This document shows positions 19,573 through 29,903 of a DNA stretch of 53,465 bases, piece by piece (position 1 is the stretch's first letter; each line of letters opens with the position of its first letter). The stretch is from Pirellula sp. (GTDB taxonomy: Bacteria; Planctomycetota; Planctomycetia; Pirellulales; Pirellulaceae), in contig JBIJCS010000001.1 of assembly GCA_044344575.1 (NCBI GenBank), positions 1 through 53,465 of the forward strand. The letters are read 5' to 3'. Below the pieces are notes generated by a model, which searched no databases, was not told where the DNA came from, and saw only the letters and a list, made by a program, of their open reading frames with translations. Position numbers and translations under genes: made by a program.

Positions 19573-22500
19573 ATGGAACCAGAAGCGACTTTCTCCCGCC
19601 TTATCTTTGCCCAAACTAACTACTCCTCTGAGGATATTCCGTCGGGGATATCTTCCGTCGATGCATGCGACTACCATGCGGCTTGGACGAGCCTTTGGCA
19701 CCCCTTGATTATCGATCTTCTAGGCTTCCTTCCCGAGTCGAAAAGGACCGATCCGTCCGGCTTAGACGTTGAAAACGCTTTGATTTTGGTCCCCAATGCA
19801 TCCGCTGAGAAATTGGATCAGCCGCTTGAGGAGCGACTCGCACTCTCTCATTCGACGTTCATGTTCTCTCGCTCATCTGCCAGGGGGGAGCTTGTCAAGT
19901 CTTTACTGCGCGCGATCGCGATTCGCGCTGGGGGTGCCGAAGCGGAGGGTTCTGGAATTGAACAGGCGTTGCAAGGCGATTCTGTTGCTTGCAGTCTAGC
20001 CGAGGATTTTCATGCATTCGGCTATGCTGTACAGCAGGTTCAGTGCATGGCGAGGAAACTGCGGTACAGTTTTAACTTGGACTGGATGGTTGTTACTGAG
20101 CAGTTGCTTTCGTCGGCTCGCTGTTTCGCTGGTGGAGATTTCGAAGAATGCGATCGGTTGTTGGCTGCCGCTTACGACTCGCTTTCGCAAGAAAGAGATC
20201 GTTATTGTTCTCAGCAAGCGTACCTGATGCATTTAGTATTGACGGCTTCGGTCAATCCGAAGAGTGCCAAAAGCCCGATTGGTGCATTGTTCGTTTCTGA
20301 GCTGCAACGCGACACGGTATCGAATGTTTTGGCAACTACCGAGACGCTTGAGAAGATTCGCTCAGGCAACTCGCAAGGATTTGAATTGCTTCAACATCGA
20401 CTCCGCGAAAAATCACTTTCCTTATTGGGTGGCTTTGCAAAGGAGCTTCAGCACACCTATTTGACGGAGCACGCGTTGCATCGAAGTTTCAGTTTCGCTC
20501 GACGCGAGGTTCAGCGACTCGGTTTGCCAGCGGTTACGACGCTAGCCCCTTTTCGACCTGGCATTCCTGGTTGTTTACCGAGCATTGCCCTATCCCATGG
20601 ATATCAAGGGGCATTGATCGCACGGTTTAGCGATGGCATGATTCCAGAAAAGGAGCATGCGAAGCTCCGATGGCAAGAGACTTCGGAAAGTCCTGCGCTC
20701 GACACGATTCTTGGGCATGTCCTCGATGCGAACGACAACGAATCGCTCTTGAACTTCGGAACCGAATTAGCGAAGCAGTTAGATTATCATCAAGTACCAA
20801 CGATGGTGCTTGCTCATTGGCCGTTGCAGGTGTGCTTGGGGTTCGAAGATCTTTTGCGAGCAGCAAGGCGTTCTCCTGCGTTGGGGAAATTTGTTCTTAT
20901 AGACGAGTATTTTGCTTCGACTTCTCAGCCGTATTGGTCCGAGCAGTTCGCAACCCCTAATTTTCCATTTCCGGTTCGCGGTCCGAGTCAGAGGTTGCAT
21001 TCGATCCAGTGCAGTTTGATCAAGTTGCACGGTTTGCTTTATCGAGCTGAGCGGATTGAAGAAGCGATCGAGCTGATTAAGCCATTGACGACGCTTGAGG
21101 TTATTCAAGAATTCGCGAGCAAACTGAAGGATCTACTGCATCGATGCGATGCGATCGCGCAGCACGATTCTATTGAGATCGAGTCTCCCGAAAATTGGTA
21201 TCCTGCGTTGTTTGCGGAGATTCAGCAGTTGCAGGATCAAGTCGGGGGGGTACTGCAATCGACATTTGGGACTGGAGATGGTTTTGCAGTGGTACATCCG
21301 GCTTCGCATCCTGCGCGTCGGCTTGTACGTCTTTCGGTTCCGAAAAGTCAGCTACTTCACACCAAGAACGAACGCATCGTTCATGCTTGTGATCTTCCAG
21401 ATGGAAAGAATTGTGAATTGCTCGTGGATATTCCACCATATGGATTTACATCGATCCCAACCATGGGATCGTGCAAGCCCGATTCAGAGATACCTCGCGA
21501 GAAGAAATCAACGGGACTTTTTTCAAAGTGGTTTGGGAGCAACCATCCAGTTGCCACTCCAGCAGGTTTGTTGTCAAACGAATTCATCGAAGCGCAATTC
21601 GATTCGATCAAAGGGCATTTGCGAGCGTTCTACGTCCGGGATCAACGAGGGAATAGACTCAGTGCAATGTTGTCGTTAGTTCAAAGACCCTTGGACTTCG
21701 CAACGAAGTATTCTGAGAAGGACTTTCTCGCGTTGCAATCGGTTTCGATGGAGAGTTCCAATCCAACCGATGCTTCGGGCGTTGTCTCGATTCGAGGGGG
21801 CTTTATCACGGATGTAGCCTCTGGCAATGGGCCACGAATTACTCAGACCTTCACGATGCACACGCAGGCCAAGTGGTTAGAGATCCACGTGAAGGGAAGT
21901 GGATTTTCAGCTAGCGAGCACTATCCAGTTTGGCGCATGGTATGGCCTAGTGAGGCTGCAAGTCTGAGTTTGTGGGCGGCGAGCAACAAAAGCAAGTGGC
22001 TCCAGCCTTTACAAGCAAATACTGAGTTGATTGAGATCGACGACGCGCAGTACAAACTTTACATTGCCACCGGTGGGCTAAGTGTCCATAGGAAGTACGG
22101 ACCGAACCAATTGGTTACAGCCTTACCGATCTCCAAAGACGGTTCGGTCGATGTTCGGTTGTTCATTGGTTTGCAATGGCAGCGTCCATGGGAGACAGCT
22201 ATTGATTTGTTCCAGGAGCCATGGGTCTTGCAGCCCAAGTCCTCCGCGGCGGCTACATCCATCCCACAAAGTGCTTGGCTTGCGCAGTGCAACCATCCGA
22301 ACGTTCGCATGCATTTTTTAGCGAGTGATTGGGTGATGCCAAATTTGGGAGAGGTTCCGATGGATCCTGGATTTTTTCAGCCTGAATCCCTTATTTCGAT
22401 CCTTGAGACGGCGGGAAAGTCGGGGACGGCAAAAATAAGTTTGCCGAAAAAACCCACTGAGGCGTTCAAGATGAACTTTACTGGGCAAACGTTGGATAAA

Positions 22501-22629
22501 CTGGAGGTTCAAGGTTCGAGTATCTCGGTTCCCTACGGACCGAGGGAGCGGTGCTTGGTAGGAGTTTCTTATCGGGCCGATGAGCCGAACGCGTTGGTTG
22601 CAGGGAATCGTAGTCGGGAACCAGAGTGA
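19573..22629 (+). CDS. Large hypothetical protein, glycoside hydrolase/deacetylase (GH38-like) architecture suspected
   Basis: 1018-aa ORF 6 nt upstream of the kinase; motifs such as AWTSLWHP, LRWQ and VDIPPYGF recall planctomycete alpha-mannosidase-like proteins (recollection, not a search). Confidence 0.6.
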   Translation: MEPEATFSRLIFAQTNYSSEDIPSGISSVDACDYHAAWTSLWHPLIIDLLGFLPESKRTDPSGLDVENALILVPNASAEKLDQPLEERLALSHSTFMFSRSSARGELVKSLLRAIAIRAGGAEAEGSGIEQALQGDSVACSLAEDFHAFGYAVQQVQCMARKLRYSFNLDWMVVTEQLLSSARCFAGGDFEECDRLLAAAYDSLSQERDRYCSQQAYLMHLVLTASVNPKSAKSPIGALFVSELQRDTVSNVLATTETLEKIRSGNSQGFELLQHRLREKSLSLLGGFAKELQHTYLTEHALHRSFSFARREVQRLGLPAVTTLAPFRPGIPGCLPSIALSHGYQGALIARFSDGMIPEKEHAKLRWQETSESPALDTILGHVLDANDNESLLNFGTELAKQLDYHQVPTMVLAHWPLQVCLGFEDLLRAARRSPALGKFVLIDEYFASTSQPYWSEQFATPNFPFPVRGPSQRLHSIQCSLIKLHGLLYRAERIEEAIELIKPLTTLEVIQEFASKLKDLLHRCDAIAQHDSIEIESPENWYPALFAEIQQLQDQVGGVLQSTFGTGDGFAVVHPASHPARRLVRLSVPKSQLLHTKNERIVHACDLPDGKNCELLVDIPPYGFTSIPTMGSCKPDSEIPREKKSTGLFSKWFGSNHPVATPAGLLSNEFIEAQFDSIKGHLRAFYVRDQRGNRLSAMLSLVQRPLDFATKYSEKDFLALQSVSMESSNPTDASGVVSIRGGFITDVASGNGPRITQTFTMHTQAKWLEIHVKGSGFSASEHYPVWRMVWPSEAASLSLWAASNKSKWLQPLQANTELIEIDDAQYKLYIATGGLSVHRKYGPNQLVTALPISKDGSVDVRLFIGLQWQRPWETAIDLFQEPWVLQPKSSAAATSIPQSAWLAQCNHPNVRMHFLASDWVMPNLGEVPMDPGFFQPESLISILETAGKSGTAKISLPKKPTEAFKMNFTGQTLDKLEVQGSSISVPYGPRERCLVGVSYRADEPNALVAGNRSREPE

Positions 22630-22635
22630 CAACCC

Positions 22636-24282
22636 ATGAGCCGACCCACTGAAAGCAACGATTTGACGAATCAGACGATTGGAGGTTACAGCATTCTCCA
22701 TCGACTCGGTGTTGGTGGAATGTCCGAAGTCTATTTGGCGTTCCAGAATTCACTTCACCGCCATGTCGCGTTGAAGGTGCTTCGATCAGATTTTGTTGGT
22801 TCCGATGAGCACGAACAGCGATTTTTGCAGGAAGCTCGCTCGGTTGCATCGTTGATGCATCCGAATATTGTCCAGGTGTACGACGTAGGCAAGTTCGATT
22901 CGGTGCATTACATCGCGCAGGAGTATGTGCCGGGCAGTAACTTGAACTCGTTCATTCAGCGGCGTGGTGCTTTGCCTCTCGAGGAAGCGACGTCGATATT
23001 GTGGCAAGCGACGTCTGCGCTTCAGAAGGCCGCGAGTATTGGATTGGTTCATCGTGACATTAAGCCAGATAACTTATTGCTCACGCCCGATGGAGAAGTC
23101 AAAGTTGCCGATTTCGGGCTTGCGCGAGCACGAGGGCAGAATCAGAATTTAACAGCCGTCGGCGTGGCACTTGGTACTCCTCTGTACATGAGCCCCGAAC
23201 AGATACAAGGTTTCTCGGTAGATTCGCGTTCGGATCTGTATTCTCTAGGGGCAACCGCCTATCACATGCTTGCAGGGCGTCCGCCGTTTTCAGGGGAAAC
23301 TGCGCTGGCGCTGGCGATGCAACACATTCAAGCCGAACCGGTAGCGCTTGAACAACTCAGGCCCGATTTACCGAAGGCTATTGTAGAGATCGTTCATCGA
23401 CTTTTGAAAAAGAGTCCTGAAGACCGTTTTGGGTCTGCGATGGAGTTGAGTCGGGAACTGCGACACTTTATCGATGAGCACCTCCAAGGGCGTGGCGACA
23501 AGATGATCCCATTTACGGGGCTTGTGATTGAACATCAAGCCATCACGTCGAGCGCGGCGACCGAAGAGTTACAAGTTCTGCTCAACAGTCAGAAGACATC
23601 CAAGCGTCTAGAGGTAGCTTCCGGAAAACGAAACGCCGAGGAATCGAAGTCCGAAAAACGGTTGAGCCACTGGAGGAAGTCGCTTGCATGGATTCTCTTG
23701 CCCATGGCGATTACTGCAATGGCGAGCTTTTCGCTTCTGCGAATGGACTTGTTTGCGAATCAATCGTCAAGTACGGCCGGGGTGACTAGGGAGTCTTCCA
23801 TTCAACGCCAGTATGCGACTGCATTGCTGGAAAACGATTTGAAGAATTGGAATGCGGTGAGTGAGTTTTTTCCTCCGACCGATGCCATTTCTCGAAATTA
23901 CTACCTCAAGGCACAATTGCAAATTGCTAGGTTGAGGATTGAAGGGGAGGACTATGCTGCGGCTGCTCGCAACCTATTGACAGTGATTGATTCGCCGTAT
24001 GCAGATGAAGTTTTGCGAACCGTAGCGAGAATTCAATATGGCTGGACTCAGCAACGTTTGCGTCGTGCTGGTCAGCGAAACGAGTGGTATGAACGGGCGA
24101 TGCGAGATCTGTCGACCATGGTGCCGGAAAAACAAAAATTGATTCGAGAGGCGTTGCACTCCCGAGTGCGAGCAGAGTGGGAGACTGTCGATTATCTCAA
24201 TCAATCGCCGGTTGACGAACAATCGCAAGAGTCAAAGCCTGTTAGTAGCACAACCTCGATCCCGGCTTTTGAAAAGGTGTAA
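22636..24282 (+). CDS. Hanks-type Ser/Thr protein kinase with TM helix and helical C-terminal domain
   Basis: LGVGGMSEVY, VALKVL, HRDIKPDN, DFGLAR, GTPLYMSPEQ, SDLYSLG; TM near residue 350-370. Confidence 0.95.
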   Translation: MSRPTESNDLTNQTIGGYSILHRLGVGGMSEVYLAFQNSLHRHVALKVLRSDFVGSDEHEQRFLQEARSVASLMHPNIVQVYDVGKFDSVHYIAQEYVPGSNLNSFIQRRGALPLEEATSILWQATSALQKAASIGLVHRDIKPDNLLLTPDGEVKVADFGLARARGQNQNLTAVGVALGTPLYMSPEQIQGFSVDSRSDLYSLGATAYHMLAGRPPFSGETALALAMQHIQAEPVALEQLRPDLPKAIVEIVHRLLKKSPEDRFGSAMELSRELRHFIDEHLQGRGDKMIPFTGLVIEHQAITSSAATEELQVLLNSQKTSKRLEVASGKRNAEESKSEKRLSHWRKSLAWILLPMAITAMASFSLLRMDLFANQSSSTAGVTRESSIQRQYATALLENDLKNWNAVSEFFPPTDAISRNYYLKAQLQIARLRIEGEDYAAAARNLLTVIDSPYADEVLRTVARIQYGWTQQRLRRAGQRNEWYERAMRDLSTMVPEKQKLIREALHSRVRAEWETVDYLNQSPVDEQSQESKPVSSTTSIPAFEKV

Positions 24283-24284
24283 CC

Positions 24285-25208
24285 TTGCTCGCCAGTCGCC
24301 TTCGTTCTGCATTTATCCTCATCGCTTTGGTACTTGGCTTTATGTACTTGGATGTTGCCTATCCGTTGGCGGGTATTCCAGGGGTTTGGATGATTCCTTT
24401 TTTTGCAATCCTCAGTATTGGGACGATGAGGGAAGCCGGCGCGATCGCGCAGAAGGCATGGGGAATTCCAATACTGATTACCCCTGGACTTGCGTTGCTT
24501 GCGATCCTGTTTCCTGCGTATCCCGAGTTACTGCGTCTCTTTGGTCGTACCGGGATCTCCGACATCACGTTGTCCCCGGAGATGCAAACGATTTGGGCTA
24601 GGCTGGGGGTAACGCTTCTTGGGGCTTGGGGGGTGGTGGCTTGGATGGGCGTTCGGACGATGCGAAGTTATCAATCTGCTACGACTGCGTTGGGGTGGTT
24701 AGTCAGTTCCGGGTTGCTCATGTACCTCTGCGTCGCACTGTCTTGCTGGTGGATTATTCGGCAGGTGGGAGCTCCTACGACGGGGATGCTGCGAATCATT
24801 GGTATTGCCACGGTTACGAAAATGTCGGATGCGGGGGCATATTTTGTAGGAAAGACTTTTGGGAACTATCGGCTGGTTCCTTTACTGAGTCCGAAGAAGA
24901 CATGGGAGGGGTTTCTAGGCGGTATCGCTGTGGCATGCTTGGTTTCGATTCTGTACTTTTTGTTCGTTTCGCCCAATGCTCAAAAGACTTCCATGCCATA
25001 TTCGATCCTTGGGCCAATCGCCTTGGGGATTTTGCTTGCCGTAGGCGGCTTGTTCGGCGACCTGATCGAATCGATGCTCAAGCGTTCAGGAGAAGTGAAA
25101 GATAGTGGCTCGACATTGCCTGGACTTGGTGGAATCTGGGATGTCTCAGATTCGTTGATTCCTGCGGGCGTTGTTGGTTTACTCGCAATTGCTTGGGGAT
25201 GGATTTGA
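24285..25208 (+). CDS. cdsA: Phosphatidate cytidylyltransferase
   Basis: Multi-TM; SDAGAYFVG, LSPKKTWEG, GDLIESMLKR, KDSG..LPGLGG motifs. Confidence 0.92.
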   Translation: MLASRLRSAFILIALVLGFMYLDVAYPLAGIPGVWMIPFFAILSIGTMREAGAIAQKAWGIPILITPGLALLAILFPAYPELLRLFGRTGISDITLSPEMQTIWARLGVTLLGAWGVVAWMGVRTMRSYQSATTALGWLVSSGLLMYLCVALSCWWIIRQVGAPTTGMLRIIGIATVTKMSDAGAYFVGKTFGNYRLVPLLSPKKTWEGFLGGIAVACLVSILYFLFVSPNAQKTSMPYSILGPIALGILLAVGGLFGDLIESMLKRSGEVKDSGSTLPGLGGIWDVSDSLIPAGVVGLLAIAWGWI

Positions 25209-25269
25209 ATTTGTCGGGGCTTGAGGTGACAATACAGGACAGGCTTCATTCCCATGAGGAACAATTGAT

Positions 25270-26262
25270 ATGTCAGAATCGACGCTAACATTGGGTGATC
25301 CCCAGTTAGCCATCCAACTTTTTGGACCGCAAGATAATCATCTTCGCAAGGTTCGTAACCAGCTAGGAGTTGCGATTACGCATCGCAATGGCACGATTCG
25401 AATTGCAGGGCCGAGCAATTCTGTGGACATTGCCACGGGGATCTTGGAGAAACTCAAAGAGAAGCTATTGCGGGGCGGATTGATCGACACGGAGGAGATC
25501 GACAGCATGTTGAGTCAAGCAACGGCACCGGCTTCCAAGACCTTTGCGGCGGAGAAGTCCGATTCGAGGGAGTTGGGGATAGGGAATGCGGCAAGGCGAA
25601 TCAAACCGCGCACGCAAGGCCAAGCGGCTTATGTGGAAGCCATCCGCAGCCATGATATGACCTTGTGTACCGGGCCGGCGGGATGTGGTAAGACGTATTT
25701 GGCGGTTGCGACTGCTGTGGAGGCGTATCGGGCGAAGGCAATTCGAAAGATTGTCTTGGTTCGACCTGCGGTGGAGGCAGGGGAGAGTCTTGGGTATCTA
25801 CCGGGTGATTTGAACGAAAAACTCAATCCTTATTTGCGTCCACTGTTGGACGCGATCAACGAAATGGTAGATTTTGACCAGGTCAAATTCTTGATGGAGC
25901 AAGACATCATCGAGGTTATTCCGTTGGCATATATGCGAGGACGAACGCTGAACCACGCGTTCATTATCCTTGACGAAGCGCAGAATGCGACAGTAGCACA
26001 GATGAAAATGTTTTTGACCCGGATGGGCGAAGGGTCCAAAGTCGTTGTTTCTGGGGATATTTCCCAGGTGGACTTGCCTTATGGGGTAACGAGCGGATTG
26101 CGAGACGCCATCCAACGCTTGCAGGGAATCGAAGAGATCGCCATCATAAAGCTCCAGGAGTCCGACATCGTCCGCCATCGGCTTGTCCAGCGAATCGTTG
26201 CAGCGTACGAACACCCTTCCAACAACAAGTCTCGTTCATACGGCTCCGACGAGCAGTCATAG
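25270..26262 (+). CDS. phoH: PhoH-family ATPase (YbeZ-like)
   Basis: GPAGCGKTYLA, RPAVEAGESLGYLPG, YMRGRT, ILDEAQN, DIVRH. Confidence 0.95.
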   Translation: MSESTLTLGDPQLAIQLFGPQDNHLRKVRNQLGVAITHRNGTIRIAGPSNSVDIATGILEKLKEKLLRGGLIDTEEIDSMLSQATAPASKTFAAEKSDSRELGIGNAARRIKPRTQGQAAYVEAIRSHDMTLCTGPAGCGKTYLAVATAVEAYRAKAIRKIVLVRPAVEAGESLGYLPGDLNEKLNPYLRPLLDAINEMVDFDQVKFLMEQDIIEVIPLAYMRGRTLNHAFIILDEAQNATVAQMKMFLTRMGEGSKVVVSGDISQVDLPYGVTSGLRDAIQRLQGIEEIAIIKLQESDIVRHRLVQRIVAAYEHPSNNKSRSYGSDEQS

Positions 26263-26289
26263 CAAAGCCATGGCGGTACGCACATTCTT

Positions 26290-28659
26290 ATGAGTCAGAC
26301 ACAACCCAAGAGGAGCCGAAGCGAGCGAGCCGCGGCATTAAAGCTTGGAAAACTCGACTGGGAAATCTTGTTCGAGCGGCTGTTTAGTGCAGACGCGATG
26401 ATTCGTGTTGGTATTGCAGCTGTTGCAGCGGTGCTCTTGACGCTATTGGTACGTGGTTGGGAGCCACCGTTTCCGTATCGAGTTGGATATGTCCCACCCC
26501 GTGCGATCCCGGCTCGTGTTGCATTCCAACTGGAAGATGAAGTTCAGACCGACGTGCTCAGGAGCCAAGCTGCTCGTGAAGTTCTTTGCGTCTATGAAAA
26601 TCGCAAAGAACCGCTTGTGCAACTGCGCGGAGCGTTGAAGGACGCTTTGTTTTCCCTGCGTATGCCTTCGCCGTCATCTGATTTATCAGCGATTCAGCGT
26701 GAGAACTTAAAAGCATTTGGAATCGAGGCTGACGAAGGTGAGCCACTTCGTGATGGTAGCAAAACCATTACGACACAAGAGGCGATCGATTGCATTCGAA
26801 AGACGCTTGCAACGGATGCGGAGATATCCAAATATGATTCTGCAATTCGAGAGATCTTCGACCCGATTGAAGAAACAGGGGTATTGCAATCGTTGCGCCA
26901 CGATAGTCAAAAAGGGAATCAGCGGTTCATCAAAGTTTTTAACCTAGGTGATGAGTCCAACCGCCGTGAAATCGATGTGGCGAGGGTTCGGATTGCCGAG
27001 GTCACGGTAACGCTCAAGTCGGCTCTTGAGCGAGAATTTTCGAATCAGTTTGGTAGCGAGTATTCACGGGTTCTTGCATTGATGATCCATCGCTACATCA
27101 GTGATCGCGTTCAAGAGACTCTTTCATTTCGTGAAGACTTGAGCAATGTCGCGAGATTGGCGGCTGTGAAAGAAGTTAAGCCAGCGATGATTTCCTACGA
27201 AACCACCTACGGTGCGTTAGTGGGTATGGGCAAGCTGCTGGGTGCCAAGGAGATTCGGCTTTTGCGGGCCGAGCATGATGCATATCTTCAGCAGATGGGG
27301 TGGGGGTTGCGTTTTCAAAGGCTGGCTGCGTTCCTTGGGTTACTGATAGCTCTTTGCGCACTTTGTGGATTCTTTATCCATCAATCCAAAGATAGGACGC
27401 CGATTTCGAACACGGTCAAGTTCATACGGATGATCGGATTGACGGTTTCAACCATCCTGGCCGCCGTGTTCGCATCTCAAGACCCCTTTCACCTGGAGAT
27501 TATTCCAGTGACGCTTTGTGCGATAACGGCCACGATCATATACGGTAAGCCCACTGCATTGATGCTCATGGCAGCTGTTTCCTTGGTTATTGCTTTTAGC
27601 ACAGGAGTGGATCTGAGCGAATTTATTTTGCTATCCAGTGCAGCCGCCGGCGCGATTCTGCTGTGTTCGCGTATCCGTAATCGGACGCGATTGGTTTACA
27701 TCGGATTTGGTGTCGCTTCGATTGTGTTTGCAACTTATGTCGGACTTGGAATCCTTACGGGGCAGTCGATCGAACTCGATGGGGACTCGCTCACGAGTCA
27801 ATTGACGAAGGGTAATACGGCGTTCTCTAGCCGATTGATTTACGAAGCGTTGAAGCAGTTCGCGTTTGTAGCCCTGTGTGGGCCACTGATGACTGGGATT
27901 CTCCCGTTCATGGAACGGTTCTTTGACGTACAAACCGATTTGACACTACTGGAGCTAAGCGATTTAAATCATCCGTTGTTGCGGGAGCTAGCTCAAAATG
28001 CGCCTGGGACTTATAACCACACAATCTCGGTCGCTTCCTTGGCCGAACCCGCTGCTGAGGCTATTGGCGCAAATGGGTTACTCGTGCGCGCAGGTGCTTG
28101 TTTCCACGACATAGGAAAGATCTTCAAACCGAATTACTTCGTTGAAAACCAAATGCCCGGCGTGAATCGCCACGATACTCTGCAACCGGAGTTAAGCACG
28201 TTGGTGATTATTGCACACGTCAAAGACGGCGCTGACTTGGCCAGACAACATGGGATACCGCAGAGAATCATAGACTTCATCGAACAACACCACGGTACAA
28301 CCCTTGTCGAGTACTTCTACAGGCAGGCTCAAAAAGAGAACGTAGGAAACGAAGAGAACGAAGAAGTTTCCGAACGAACGTTTCGGTATCCTGGCCCCAA
28401 GCCTCAATCCAAAGAAGCAGCGGTGTTGATGATTGCCGATGCAGTAGAGAGTGCAAGCCGAGCTTTGAAAGAGCCAACTTCGTCGCGAATTCAGCATTTA
28501 GTTGATGAAATTGCAATGAAAAAACTGCTCGATGGCCAATTTGATGAATGCGAATTGACGCTCAGGGAGATCGATCGCATCAAGCAATCGCTGGTGAAGA
28601 ATTTGAACGCCGTCTATCACGGGCGTGTGAAGTATCCTGACCAGCAGTCTGTCGGATAA
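26290..28659 (+). CDS. 7TM-HD (HDIG) membrane phosphohydrolase, PgpH-like
   Basis: N-terminal TM, large extracytoplasmic domain, 7TM block, APGTYNH, HDIGK, YFVENQ, HHGT, YPGPKP, ADAVES. Confidence 0.9.
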   Translation: MSQTQPKRSRSERAAALKLGKLDWEILFERLFSADAMIRVGIAAVAAVLLTLLVRGWEPPFPYRVGYVPPRAIPARVAFQLEDEVQTDVLRSQAAREVLCVYENRKEPLVQLRGALKDALFSLRMPSPSSDLSAIQRENLKAFGIEADEGEPLRDGSKTITTQEAIDCIRKTLATDAEISKYDSAIREIFDPIEETGVLQSLRHDSQKGNQRFIKVFNLGDESNRREIDVARVRIAEVTVTLKSALEREFSNQFGSEYSRVLALMIHRYISDRVQETLSFREDLSNVARLAAVKEVKPAMISYETTYGALVGMGKLLGAKEIRLLRAEHDAYLQQMGWGLRFQRLAAFLGLLIALCALCGFFIHQSKDRTPISNTVKFIRMIGLTVSTILAAVFASQDPFHLEIIPVTLCAITATIIYGKPTALMLMAAVSLVIAFSTGVDLSEFILLSSAAAGAILLCSRIRNRTRLVYIGFGVASIVFATYVGLGILTGQSIELDGDSLTSQLTKGNTAFSSRLIYEALKQFAFVALCGPLMTGILPFMERFFDVQTDLTLLELSDLNHPLLRELAQNAPGTYNHTISVASLAEPAAEAIGANGLLVRAGACFHDIGKIFKPNYFVENQMPGVNRHDTLQPELSTLVIIAHVKDGADLARQHGIPQRIIDFIEQHHGTTLVEYFYRQAQKENVGNEENEEVSERTFRYPGPKPQSKEAAVLMIADAVESASRALKEPTSSRIQHLVDEIAMKKLLDGQFDECELTLREIDRIKQSLVKNLNAVYHGRVKYPDQQSVG

Positions 28660-28765
28660 GCTTTGAAAGTCTTGCGTCTTTTCCTGCCGGCCTATACATT
28701 TTCGATTGCTCTCCGTAGGGTGCTTTTACCTAACTTTCGAGTTTTCGTGATTAGAATTTACGCCC

Positions 28766-29623
28766 ATGTCTGAACCTGCCAACAAGGTGCCTGAATTTCC
28801 TGCGGAACCACTGACCCTTGCGATGAATGTTCCGCTTGCCTCGATGAGTTGGATCGAGAAATCTTTGGTGCTAGCCGAACTTTCGAGACTTGCGTACGGT
28901 CCACCAGAGCAGATTTCAAAGATCGTATATGAGGCTGGTATCGACCAATGTGACTTCATCCAGGAAGCCGGCTCGGAGGTATATGTTTTTGGTACTCGTT
29001 ACGACTGTTTGGTGGTAGCGAGAGGTACGGAACCTACCAAATGGGACGATATTTCTGCAGATGCGAAAGCTTGGACTATCGCTTGTGAGATCGGTCGTGT
29101 GCACAGTGGATTCCATCGGCACGTCGATCTTCTATGGCCAGATATCGAAAGCCAGTTACGAGAGAACCAACGCCCTGTTTGGTTTGCTGGCCATTCTTTG
29201 GGAGGGGCGATGGCAGCGGTTTGTGCCGTGCGTTGTAAGCTTTCGCCAATTCCTTCGAACCCCCAAGCGATTTTCAGTTTTGGAGCACCAAGAGTTGGAA
29301 ATCGACAGTATGCATCGTTCTTGCAAATTAGGCATTATCGTTGGGTGAACAATAACGATATCGTGCCTCGAATACCCCCTCGGCTTCTAGGCTATCATCA
29401 CATGGGGCGTGAGATCTATTTGAATCGCAAAGGGAAGATCAGTCGCATTCATCAATGGTTGCGGTTTCATGATCGAGTCAGAGGATTTTTCACTTCGTTG
29501 CGCCAAGGTAAGATTGATTATTTTTGCGATCACTCGATGAAAGAGTACATGCGGATCATTCGCGATTTAAATGCTTCGGAGAAAAAAGGGGAGCGAATCC
29601 GGATCCCGAGAGGACTGCGATAA
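28766..29623 (+). CDS. Class 3 lipase (alpha/beta hydrolase)
   Basis: RGTE, VHSGF, nucleophile elbow GHSLGG, FGAPRVG, NDIVPRIP, DHSM. Confidence 0.9.
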   Translation: MSEPANKVPEFPAEPLTLAMNVPLASMSWIEKSLVLAELSRLAYGPPEQISKIVYEAGIDQCDFIQEAGSEVYVFGTRYDCLVVARGTEPTKWDDISADAKAWTIACEIGRVHSGFHRHVDLLWPDIESQLRENQRPVWFAGHSLGGAMAAVCAVRCKLSPIPSNPQAIFSFGAPRVGNRQYASFLQIRHYRWVNNNDIVPRIPPRLLGYHHMGREIYLNRKGKISRIHQWLRFHDRVRGFFTSLRQGKIDYFCDHSMKEYMRIIRDLNASEKKGERIRIPRGLR

Positions 29624-29679
29624 ACGGAGTCCTCGGACTGCACATGAAATTGCGGTGCTATAACTTACTGCTCAAGAAA

Positions 29680-29825
29680 TTCGGGACGCGGGAGGCTTTC
29701 GGTACCAATGGGAACGGGATTGTGTTAAAACGTAACGATTAGGCAGTTTGAGTCGAACCGGTTTGACGTGTACAAATCCGCCTTGCCGCTGTTTTCGAGA
29801 AAGGAACCCTCGAGCGTTTGCCGAA
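29680..29825 (+). ncRNA. Possible structured RNA or 5' leader (long interrupted hairpin)
   Basis: Hand-folded nested helices TTCGG/CCGAA, GACGC/GCGTT, GAGG/CCTC, CTTTC/GAAAG, AAAAC/GTTTT, AGGC/GCCT, TTTG/CAAA, GTCGAA/TTTGAC, downstream of extended -10 TGCTATAAC (29656-29664). Confidence 0.3.
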
Positions 29826-29903
29826 ATGGAATGAGATATCACAGGATCTGCTTGCGGATCACATCAGATCCCTGCGATGAATCACTAGAAATCGGATTTA
29901 GCC

